64,000 nt of DNA from a virus (taxonomy: Duplodnaviria > Caudoviricetes), in IMG/VR virus record IMGVR_UViG_3300011793_000004, positions 1,624 through 65,623 of that record, one strand, 5' to 3'. This document shows, piece by piece, positions 38,218 to 45,967 of the stretch (its first letter is position 1; every line of letters starts with the position of its first letter). Under the pieces are notes generated by a model. It saw only the letters and a program-made list of their open reading frames with translations, ran no database searches and was not told where the DNA came from. The translations under genes and the position numbers were made by a program.

Positions 38218-38996
38218 AGCCGCCCCCTGGCCGAGTACTCCTCAGTCACCACCGTGCGCCGCACCAGCTGCGCCGGTATCGGCAGGCGCTCCAGCACGTC
38301 GGCCGGGCGGTCCTCGAGCAGCAGGTGGCCCATGCCGACCACCAACCGCTCGCAGATGCCGTCCACCACCTCATTGAACTGCGGCACCGTCTCCAGCCCG
38401 CGGCGCTGGCATTCCTCCCAGATGCGCCGCTCCGCCAGGCTGATCTGCGCCAGCGCGTGGTGGCTCATGCGGTCGCGGGGCGTGCCGCTCTCCATCCCGT
38501 ACAGCTTGCGCAGCGCCTTGGCCGTACCCGCCACCCCGCCGGTCAGCGCGCGGTAGATGCGGTTGGTGGCGTTCTCGTGCGCCCAGCGGCGCTGGTTCTC
38601 GCTGCCGTCCAGGGTGCCGATGTAGTCGTGCAGGCTCTTGAACATCGCCTTGCCGATGCGCCGCTGTTCCGACCATGCCGCGTCACGGCCACCTGTCACG
38701 GCGTGTTGTTTTGCAGCGTCCTCCAACTCGCGCCAACGGCGGATCACCTTCATCCGCAGCGGCGCGCTGTAGCCGGTCAGCAGGCAATCCGTGTGGTCGC
38801 GGTCCAGCCGGTACTCGGTCTGCGGCCTATTCCGGCTGTCCGAGTAGATGTGCCCAAATTTGGATGCATCTACTTCGAGGTCTTTCAGCATCACCTCGAT
38901 GTCGCGCTTCACGTGGAAGTGCTTCTTCCCGGTCAGCGTGGCAATCTCCCGGCTCGACATCGTCAGCGGGTTGTCGCTCTTGGTCACTTGGCTCAT
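38214..38996 (-). CDS. Rha family regulator
   Basis: TMSSREIATLTGKKHFHVKRDI, LLTGYSAPLRMKVIRRW. Confidence 0.9.
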   Translation of the reverse strand: MSQVTKSDNPLTMSSREIATLTGKKHFHVKRDIEVMLKDLEVDASKFGHIYSDSRNRPQTEYRLDRDHTDCLLTGYSAPLRMKVIRRWRELEDAAKQHAVTGGRDAAWSEQRRIGKAMFKSLHDYIGTLDGSENQRRWAHENATNRIYRALTGGVAGTAKALRKLYGMESGTPRDRMSHHALAQISLAERRIWEECQRRGLETVPQFNEVVDGICERLVVGMGHLLLEDRPADVLERLPIPAQLVRRTVVTEEYSARGRL

Positions 38997-39069
38997 AATC
39001 GCTCCAGTGAATGTTGCATTGCGTTGTTGAAGAAGCCGGGTGGCAGCCCGGCTTTTTTGTGCCTGCGAT

Positions 39070-39693
39070 TCAGCTCACCACATGCAGGGGGCTCACCCCG
39101 CGCTGGGCGGCCAGCTCGTTTTCCATCCGGCGGCGCATCTCGTGCGCGCGGCTTTCCACCGCCAGCAATGCGGCGATCGCGTTCGGCAGCAGCGGCAGGT
39201 CGCTCGCATCGATCTTCCCGTCCGCCAGCACCGCGCCGGCGTGCTCCACCACCTCGCCCAGGCGCACCACCAGTTGGCCGAAGGCGTTGATCGGGCAACC
39301 CTCCGTGCCGGCCGCGCGTGCGCCGATCAGCCCGTGCCGCGCCGCGAGCTCGTTCAGGCAGCGCTCGCGGTACTCCGCGTCCAGCGCCTGCACCCACGCC
39401 TCCTCCACCCAGGCCGGCAGCTCCACGTCGCCGCCAAGCCAGCGTTGCACCTTCTTCAGCCAGGCGCCGGCCTTGGTCAGGTAGGCCGCGGCGTCGCCGG
39501 TCTTCTCCATCGCTTGCAGGTCGGGCACCCCCTTCTCCGCCGCGCGCACCGGCACCAGCCGGTACAGCTCGCGGTTCAGCGCGTGGGCGAAGTGGTCCTG
39601 GCTCAAACTCGTGCGCGCGATCATCTCGGCGGCGTGCGCCACCAGCACCTGGTCGCGGCTCTCGGCGGTATGTCGTGGACTGGACGTGTTCAT
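39070..39693 (-). CDS. CII-position regulatory protein
   Basis: Sits after cro, before Rha; helical; SD GAGG. Confidence 0.55.
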   Translation of the reverse strand: MNTSSPRHTAESRDQVLVAHAAEMIARTSLSQDHFAHALNRELYRLVPVRAAEKGVPDLQAMEKTGDAAAYLTKAGAWLKKVQRWLGGDVELPAWVEEAWVQALDAEYRERCLNELAARHGLIGARAAGTEGCPINAFGQLVVRLGEVVEHAGAVLADGKIDASDLPLLPNAIAALLAVESRAHEMRRRMENELAAQRGVSPLHVVS

Positions 39694-39731
39694 GTTGCGG
39701 CGCACCTCGTACGCTGGATTCATGGAAAGGC
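39671..39731. repeat. 61-bp direct repeat, copy A (RBS and start of the CII-like gene)
   Basis: 58/61 identical to 40164..40224. Confidence 0.92.
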
Positions 39732-39828
39732 CAGCAGGCAACAAGCCTGCCCAGCAGCAAAAAGGCACCGGGCGCCCGAGTGGTATCGTTCAGTCTCCAC
39801 ACGAAACGAATGGCCATGGAGGCCCGGC

Positions 39829-40089
39829 ATGACGGACGAAATCGATCGCATCATCGCGACCCTGAACCATCAGAAAGGGGAGCTGATCGGCGTACACAGC
39901 ATGATGGCGGCGTTCGCGAGAACGCTTGCTCCAACCGATCTCGCTCGATTACTTGCAGAGTTCGATACCGAAGTCGCTCACGCGCGCTCGACGCTGGCGT
40001 ATTCGCCAGTGCCCGAGGAAGTGATCGCAGGGTTTGAGGGATACGTGACGATGTGGAGCCTGATCCGCGGCAACCCCAGCCCAACATGA
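39829..40089 (+). CDS. Moron between the direct repeats (86 aa)
   Basis: SD GGAGG; MTDEIDRIIATLNHQKG. Confidence 0.7.
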   Translation: MTDEIDRIIATLNHQKGELIGVHSMMAAFARTLAPTDLARLLAEFDTEVAHARSTLAYSPVPEEVIAGFEGYVTMWSLIRGNPSPT

Positions 40090-40163
40090 GCGCCTGGAGG
40101 TAGAACGACTTCCGGCTTCGCTCTTCCGAACGAAGCGCAGCGGCCGGCACTGCCTGCGGATCG

Positions 40164-40224
40164 TGTCGTGGACTGGACGTATTCATGGGGCGGCGCACCT
40201 CGTACGCTGGATTCATGGAAAGGC
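40164..40224. repeat. 61-bp direct repeat, copy B
   Basis: 58/61 identical to 39671..39731. Confidence 0.92.
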
Positions 40225-40299
40225 AGATAGGGATGTCACTCGTGAAGCATCAACCGCGGCCGGATAAAGCCGGCCAAGAGCGAGGCAGCCGTATGCCGT

Positions 40300-40485
40300 T
40301 CAGGCCGCTGCTTTGGCGAGCTCTTCCTGATACAGCGCTTCGATCGCTTTGCCGGTTTCATAACGGACACCGGCGCCCTTCGCCGCCCGGTGGATCGTGG
40401 GCTGCGTTGTCCCACACCGATCGGCAATCGCCTTCTGAGAAATCCCTCTGGCAGAGAGATCAGCCAACATTTCCTGAACGGTCAT
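40300..40485 (-). CDS. Cro-like repressor
   Basis: HTH SQKAIADRCGTTQPTIHR; divergent from cI. Confidence 0.88.
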   Translation of the reverse strand: MTVQEMLADLSARGISQKAIADRCGTTQPTIHRAAKGAGVRYETGKAIEALYQEELAKAAA

Positions 40486-40496
40486 CACGACCTCAC

Positions 40497-40572
40497 AATG
40501 CACATTCGTATGCCTCATAATACGCAACCGTATTGCACACAGCAATACACTCGCCCAATACGTTTATCTATT
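40497..40572. promoter_or_regulatory. OR operators (AATACG-N4-CGTATT)
   Basis: Perfect site 40519-40534; degenerate sites 40497-40512 and 40557-40572. Confidence 0.75.
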
Positions 40573-40581
40573 GGCGACCAG

Positions 40582-41406
40582 ATGAAGATTGGTGATCGGA
40601 TTGAGGCCGAGATGAAGCGGCGCGGCTGGAGCGAAGGCGAACTAGCTCGTCGCGCAGGGACCACGCAGCCGACAGTCCACCGGATCATCAAGGGCGAGTC
40701 GAAGAGCCCCCGTCAGGAAAACATCCAGGCGATCGCGAAAGCGTTCGGGTGCTCAGCAGAGTGGCTTTGGAGCGGCACCGGAAGAACTCCAGCAGGCGCC
40801 GAGGACTCACAGCCGAGCAAAACGTCGGCCGATATCGTCCGAGACATGCTCGCCAAGCATGGCAAGGGGCTGAGCGACGGCGCGCGCGAGAAGATTGCCT
40901 CTGCTGTTGAAGAGGCACAGGGAACCTACGAGCAGTCGGCCAACGTAATCACGGCGGATTTCTCCCGGCCTGGCTTGGTCGGCGATGAAATCGTCATTCC
41001 GCACTACGACGTTCGTGCGGCGATGGGCGACGGCCAGTTGCCGGCCGACTACGTCGAGGTGCTGCGCAACGTCACGGTCAGCCAGAAGCACATCAAGGAC
41101 CTGGGCGTCTCATACGACTCCGCAACCCACCTCGGTCTCATTACCGGTTGGGGTCAGTCGATGGAGCCGACCATCAACGACAAAGATCCACTGATCATTG
41201 ATCTGAGCATTCGCGAATTCGATGATGACGGGATCTTCGTACTCACCTGGCAGAACCATGTCTACATCAAGCGCTTGCAGATCGCCGACGCCGAGCACTT
41301 CGACATGATCAGCGACAACCCACAGCACAAGGACCGGTTGGTCCGCATCGAGGATGTGACCATCCATGCCCGAGTGAAGCTGGTGTGGAATGCAAAAAAG
41401 GTTTGA
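40582..41406 (+). CDS. CI repressor (HTH + S24 autopeptidase)
   Basis: HTH SEGELARRAGTTQPTVHR; AAMGDG, GQSMEPTI, YIKRL. Confidence 0.95.
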   Translation: MKIGDRIEAEMKRRGWSEGELARRAGTTQPTVHRIIKGESKSPRQENIQAIAKAFGCSAEWLWSGTGRTPAGAEDSQPSKTSADIVRDMLAKHGKGLSDGAREKIASAVEEAQGTYEQSANVITADFSRPGLVGDEIVIPHYDVRAAMGDGQLPADYVEVLRNVTVSQKHIKDLGVSYDSATHLGLITGWGQSMEPTINDKDPLIIDLSIREFDDDGIFVLTWQNHVYIKRLQIADAEHFDMISDNPQHKDRLVRIEDVTIHARVKLVWNAKKV

Positions 41407-41542
41407 TTCGATGCATTGAGCTACTGCGCCTCGAACATGCCACCCTGTTGCACTGGAAGAATTACCAGCTGTTCGGCTATCCGTTCAGATGGCATATTGC
41501 CCAACCTTGCAGCACACGGTTATCTACTGCAAGGTTGCAACG

Positions 41543-42688
41543 ATGACAATCAAGGATGATCAAGTGACCCCAAAGCCCCATTACCGCCACACTATAACCA
41601 CGCTGTCGCTCGGCTCTGAGGAAAAGCGAGATAGTGGCGAAGCCCCAAAAGCCACCGAAGATGGTTTCGACCCCGCACGAGTCGCGCTGGAGCAGCTTGA
41701 CTGCGATTTGCTAATCCATGCTGGCGGCATCAGCTTCGGCCAAGAGTTTCACTACCTGAACATATTTGAAGCTCAGGAGCAGCGAGCCGAACACGTTATC
41801 CTCTGGTTGACATCTCCCGGCGGAGATCCCGATACCGCCTACCAAATCGCGCGACTGTTGCAGAAGCGCTATGAACGGGTTTCGGTGTTCATAAATGGTT
41901 GGTGTAAAAGCTCTGGCACCCTCATCTGCCTAGGCGCGAACGAAATATTAATGGACGACCTAGGGCAGCTTGGACCGCTAGATATTCAAATATTGAACCG
42001 TGAAGAGTTTGGGGAAAGATTGTCCGGATTGAATCCGATCGAGGCATTGAAATCCATCAGCCTTCAGTCGTTAGAGTTGCTGAAGCAGCAGTTTCTTAAC
42101 GTCCGGTTCGGTGGCGGGCTGAGCACAAAGCAGGCCCTCGAGGTGGCCACCAATCTTACTGGACAGCTCATGAGCCCCATAACCGCTCAGCTAGATATAA
42201 TGAAATACGGAGAGTTCACCCGTTCCATGCGCATTGCAGTGGAATACGGGCAACGCCTCGCCAAGAGCTGCCGCGCCAATAACCTCAAGCCGGATGCGAT
42301 AAATCTCCTCACTACAGGATATCCATCCCACGGTTTTGTGATCGATTTCGACGAGGCTCGTGAAAGCCTGTTCAACAACGTCAGTACGCCGTCGGAGAAC
42401 CTAAAGGTAATCGCCAAAACGTTGCAGCCTTTTGTTGACACTTGGGCGGTCGGCACCAACAATTCGGCGATGATCATCGACGCGAGGCACGCCTTAGGTG
42501 TGCCTTTTGTACCGCTACAGCCATCAGAAGCTGAGGAAGCAGTCGCGGACCCGAACCCTCAACCGGGATCGGCGTCTAAACGGAAAAGCAAACCTGCCAA
42601 GGAAAGGGCGAAAAGCTCGACTCAACCGGAGGCTCTCAATGATGAACCAACCGCAAATGAAGATGAACCCGGTCAAGAAAGGGCTTGA
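41543..42688 (+). CDS. SDH-family ClpP-fold serine protease
   Basis: LTSPGGDP, CKSSGTLICLGA, LGPLDIQ, YPSHGFVID; AT-richer than flanks. Confidence 0.8.
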   Translation: MTIKDDQVTPKPHYRHTITTLSLGSEEKRDSGEAPKATEDGFDPARVALEQLDCDLLIHAGGISFGQEFHYLNIFEAQEQRAEHVILWLTSPGGDPDTAYQIARLLQKRYERVSVFINGWCKSSGTLICLGANEILMDDLGQLGPLDIQILNREEFGERLSGLNPIEALKSISLQSLELLKQQFLNVRFGGGLSTKQALEVATNLTGQLMSPITAQLDIMKYGEFTRSMRIAVEYGQRLAKSCRANNLKPDAINLLTTGYPSHGFVIDFDEARESLFNNVSTPSENLKVIAKTLQPFVDTWAVGTNNSAMIIDARHALGVPFVPLQPSEAEEAVADPNPQPGSASKRKSKPAKERAKSSTQPEALNDEPTANEDEPGQERA

Positions 42689-42830
42689 TGTCTCTCGTGG
42701 CAATTCTCTGGTCACCCGAGACCTCGTAAAAAACGCTTTTGATGCCATCAAGTTGCCCAGCCCGCCGCATCATGGCAGGCAGCCGGCCGTGATCGTCGGA
42801 GAAGAAGCCCTTTTCCCGAAGGCCGACTGA
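42639..42830 (+). CDS. Small ORF (63 aa) overlapping the protease 3' end
   Basis: GGAGG 6 nt before the ATG; ends just before the shared terminator. Confidence 0.5.
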   Translation: MMNQPQMKMNPVKKGLDVSRGNSLVTRDLVKNAFDAIKLPSPPHHGRQPAVIVGEEALFPKAD

Positions 42831-42837
42831 AAGAAAC

Positions 42838-42866
42838 AGAAACCCCGCATACGCGGGGTTTTCTTT
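42838..42866. terminator. Bidirectional intrinsic terminator
   Basis: agaaaccccgcatacgcggggttttcttt. Confidence 0.8.
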
Positions 42867-42888
42867 GTAGGTACTGCTCCGGAAAACC

Positions 42889-43218
42889 TTAGTGCGGGCC
42901 ACTGCGATTCATTCCGCACATCATGCACTTCCGGTACTCACCCCACCGCCCCTTCAGTTCCCTCATTGCCCCGCCGCAGTTGTGGCAATCGCCGACCAAC
43001 TCGCCGTTCTCCCACCTGATGAGCACCCAGGCCCGCCAGGCTAGCCAGATCCATCCCCCCAACCCTACGACCGATACCGCGGCCGCGATGTAGTGGAAGG
43101 ACTGCGCCAGCATGGCCGGAGGCTCTGCCCTCGTAAGGACTATTACGACGATGATGCTCACGATTACCAGAAACCCTGGCACCGCGAATACTCGGAAATA
43201 GCGTTCCAGCTCGTTCAT
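42889..43218 (-). CDS. Two-TM protein with C-terminal Zn ribbon
   Basis: Two TM segments; CHNC...CMMC. Confidence 0.7.
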   Translation of the reverse strand: MNELERYFRVFAVPGFLVIVSIIVVIVLTRAEPPAMLAQSFHYIAAAVSVVGLGGWIWLAWRAWVLIRWENGELVGDCHNCGGAMRELKGRWGEYRKCMMCGMNRSGPH

Positions 43219-43316
43219 GTTGAAGACACCTCTTCCATGAGAAAAGAAGCAGCCTAGCTCTAGCCGTCGTAGGCGGCTCGTGCCCACATCAACGACACGT
43301 AAGCTTTTCAAGCAGA

Positions 43317-43628
43317 TCAGAACGGCGCCGGCTCCTCGTCCACTACCACAACCTCATCGCGCTCGATGACGCGGTCATCTTCGGATACCAGGTCCCACCG
43401 CAGCGTCACGGTGCCAACCTCGTTGTGCACCAGCGCGATGCCGTCGGTTTCACCCAGAAGATCCACTACCTGCAGCCAATCCTCATCCGCGTCCGTATCG
43501 AGTCGGTGAATCGTCACTGTCCGCTCCAGCTGCGCCCTGGGCGAGTTGATCATCGCCGACACCCGAAGACCTAGGCGCTCCAGCGCCGTCAGCGGTTTCT
43601 GCTCCTGATATCCCTTCCGCTTAGCCAT
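43317..43628 (-). CDS. DUF1654 family protein
   Basis: ERLGLRVSAMINSPRAQLERTVTIHRLD. Confidence 0.85.
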   Translation of the reverse strand: MAKRKGYQEQKPLTALERLGLRVSAMINSPRAQLERTVTIHRLDTDADEDWLQVVDLLGETDGIALVHNEVGTVTLRWDLVSEDDRVIERDEVVVVDEEPAPF

Positions 43629-43647
43629 CCCGCCTCCTCCTCAAATA

Positions 43648-43663
43648 CTGGATGTAGATACAG
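43648..43663. promoter_or_regulatory. LexA box upstream of DUF1654
   Basis: aataCTGGATGTAGATACAGtatt. Confidence 0.8.
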
Positions 43664-43700
43664 TATTTATGCGACCCAAAAATCTCAAGCGAAAAAAAAT

Positions 43701-43743
43701 AATACGCTCGCGTATTGACCGACCCAATACGCAGGCGTATTGT
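43701..43743 (+). promoter_or_regulatory. pL promoter with OL operators
   Basis: Perfect AATACG-N4-CGTATT at 43701-43716 and 43726-43741; TTGACC-N17-TATTGT. Confidence 0.8.
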
Positions 43744-43786
43744 CCGCCCATCGCCGGCCACAGCCGGCAGGCAGCGAAAGCCGCCA

Positions 43787-43798
43787 CGCTCTTTAAAA
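43787..43798 (+). promoter_or_regulatory. boxA-like antitermination element
   Basis: CGCTCTTTAAAA about 40 nt after pL. Confidence 0.55.
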
Positions 43799-44048
43799 AC
43801 CAGCGCCATGAACAGCTAGCCGCACCCGCGGCGAGGCAGCCCGAGCGATCTCCTGGCGGGCGAAAGGAATCCAGGGGAAACAGCAATAGACCGTAGTGCC
43901 TCTACCGGCGACCGGCGATCCGACAGGCCCGAACGCCTGCCCACGACAGGACAACCCTGGACGGCGGATCGAGGGCGAAACGCCCGAACCGCGCGAACGA
44001 CCCGGCACGCACTACGCCCCGCCCACCGGGCGGCAATGAGCACCACCA

Positions 44049-44097
44049 CCGCATCACTGATGCGCCTTGGCAACAGGGCGCATTGGGATGCCAACCA
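44049..44097 (+). repeat. 49-bp hairpin repeat, copy 1
   Basis: 45/49 identical to 44361..44409; stem with GCAA loop. Confidence 0.85.
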
Positions 44098-44114
44098 CCA
44101 CCCTGGAGAACGAC

Positions 44115-44354
44115 ATGATCGACCTCGGCAAGAAGGCCCGCGACAAGGTGACCCTCTTTGAAGGCGTGATCACCGGGCGCGCTCAGTACCTCACGGGCTG
44201 CGACCAGTACGAACTCGCCCCACAGGGCAACCCCAACAACCTGACGACCCAGTGGTTCGACGAAGGCCGCATCGAGGTCATCGGGGAAGGCATCAGCGCC
44301 GCCTCGGTGCAGGTCGAGCGCAACGGCGGCCCCAATCGCGACGCCCCGCGCTGA
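44115..44354 (+). CDS. Hypothetical early protein
   Basis: ARDKVTLFEGVITGRAQYLTGCDQY...WFDEGRI; SD GGAG. Confidence 0.75.
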   Translation: MIDLGKKARDKVTLFEGVITGRAQYLTGCDQYELAPQGNPNNLTTQWFDEGRIEVIGEGISAASVQVERNGGPNRDAPR

Positions 44355-44360
44355 ACGCAC

Positions 44361-44409
44361 CCGCATCACTGATGCGCCTTTGCAACAGGACGCATTGGCA
44401 TGCCAGCCA
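44361..44409 (+). repeat. 49-bp hairpin repeat, copy 2
   Basis: 45/49 identical to 44049..44097. Confidence 0.85.
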
Positions 44410-44421
44410 ATGGAAACCGCC

Positions 44422-44691
44422 ATGACCCCAGAAGAAAGAGTTGCGTTGATCAACCGGCTCGACCGCTCGTTCGCGGCGCTGCCGAACTGGGCAAAAGCTG
44501 CGACGAAGCATGCCCTCGCGGCGCCTAAAACGAACCCGCGCACTGGCCTTCCGTTCACCTCATTCCGCGAGGTCGTCACCGTGGCCTGCGACGAGACGTT
44601 GATGACGCTGAAGGAGGACTTCGAAGACAACGATGACCTACTGCCAGCGGACCCGTCCGACAACATCCCCCACCCCGAGGAAACCCCATGA
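44422..44691 (+). CDS. Hypothetical early protein
   Basis: 89 aa, coupled to the next gene. Confidence 0.6.
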   Translation: MTPEERVALINRLDRSFAALPNWAKAATKHALAAPKTNPRTGLPFTSFREVVTVACDETLMTLKEDFEDNDDLLPADPSDNIPHPEETP

Positions 44692-45572
44692 AATCCAAAC
44701 TGCTCCTGCTCGCCGCCCTGCTGGCCGTCACCGGCGCGGCCAGCGCAACGCCCGGCCCGCTCCGCTTCTGCACCGGCGGCGAAGGCGGCTTCTACGAGAG
44801 CCTGGGCCAGGCGATCGGCAAGGCCATCACCAAGCACACCGGCGCCGAGCTGGAGGTGCTGAACACCGGCGGCTCGGTGGAGAACGCCGCGCTGTTGAAG
44901 GACGGCGACTGCGACATCGCCATCATCCAGGCGGACGCCGTCACCAGCCTGCCGCTGCCGGCGGACATCAAGGTGGGCGACGCGCACACCGAGGTCGTCT
45001 ACTGGCTGCACGGCAAGGGCGGCGTCGATGACTTCGGCAAGATGGAAAACGACAGCGTGGCCAGCAAGTACGCCTTCGCCGCAGTGGCCGGCTCCGGCGC
45101 GCTGGTGACGGTGAAGAACTGGATCGCCACGGACAAGGACTACGAAGGCGCGCGCATCGTCGAGTTCGACGACTGGTACAGCGCCGCCGAGGCGGTCGCC
45201 CAGGGCTACGTGTCCAGGGCCGGCGTGCGCATCGAGATAGCCGGCATGCTCTACATCGGCCGCGCCGGCAAGATCACCACGGACATCACCGAGGACTTCT
45301 CCAACCAGATCCTGATCGGCGAGGTGAACGACAGCTCGTTCGAAAACGCGAAGGACGCTAACAACAACCCGCTGTACCAGCACTGCACCGTGGCCGGCGA
45401 GGCAACGTCGGGTCTGAAGACCTCCACTACCCTGGCGCCGGACACCTACTGCCTGCGCGCCCAGGTCGTCTACAACAACGACTACCACAAGGGTCTGCCG
45501 CCGAAGGAGCAGCGAGAGGTGCGCCGCGCGGTGGACAAGGGCATCAACGGCGTCGTCAAGGCGGTTCGCTGA
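44688..45572 (+). CDS. TAXI-family TRAP solute-binding-like periplasmic protein
   Basis: Signal peptide; FCTGGEGGFY, NTGGSVEN, CDIAIIQADA, GSGA. Confidence 0.82.
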   Translation: MKSKLLLLAALLAVTGAASATPGPLRFCTGGEGGFYESLGQAIGKAITKHTGAELEVLNTGGSVENAALLKDGDCDIAIIQADAVTSLPLPADIKVGDAHTEVVYWLHGKGGVDDFGKMENDSVASKYAFAAVAGSGALVTVKNWIATDKDYEGARIVEFDDWYSAAEAVAQGYVSRAGVRIEIAGMLYIGRAGKITTDITEDFSNQILIGEVNDSSFENAKDANNNPLYQHCTVAGEATSGLKTSTTLAPDTYCLRAQVVYNNDYHKGLPPKEQREVRRAVDKGINGVVKAVR

Positions 45573-45573
45573 G

Positions 45574-45729
45574 ATGTTCCGCGGCGCCCTGGCGGTGATG
45601 CTGGCCGGCCTGCTCTTCACCGCCTCGACGCTGCTGCACATCCTCTCCGCAACCTACCTCGCAGGCGTGCTGTCTGGCCTGCTGATCGGCGCCGTGCTGT
45701 GGATCAAGGCCCGCAGGCGCCATCGCTGA
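45574..45729 (+). CDS. 51-aa two-TM membrane protein (not in the ORF track)
   Basis: [51 protein letters not shown]; starts 1 nt after the TAXI stop. Confidence 0.55.
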   Translation: MFRGALAVMLAGLLFTASTLLHILSATYLAGVLSGLLIGAVLWIKARRRHR

Positions 45730-45778
45730 AAACATCTCAACGGGCACCCGCCCGGGCAATCGACCAAGGAGAAGGACA

Positions 45779-45967
45779 ATGCTCATCCTCACCCGCCGCG
45801 TAGGCGAAACCATCCTCATCGGTGATGACATCACCATCACCGTCATGGGCATCAAGGGCAACCAGGTGCGCATCGGCATCGACGCGCCGAAGGGCGTGGA
45901 CATCGCCCGCGACGACATGATCAAAGGCCGCTCGGTCCCGGTCGAAGAGCCGGCCGAGCAGCTGTAA
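45779..45967 (+). CDS. csrA: Phage CsrA/RsmA homologue
   Basis: [44 protein letters not shown]. Confidence 0.93.
   Translation: MLILTRRVGETILIGDDITITVMGIKGNQVRIGIDAPKGVDIARDDMIKGRSVPVEEPAEQL

Noticed and set aside
39851-40216. Minus-strand ORF beginning like the CII-like gene
   Set aside because: Only the start is shared, through the 61-bp duplication; the rest is the antisense of the moron, so it is not called as a protein
43902-45641. 579-aa minus-strand ORF
   Set aside because: Shadow of the GC-rich plus-strand early genes (TAXI etc.); no recognisable motifs
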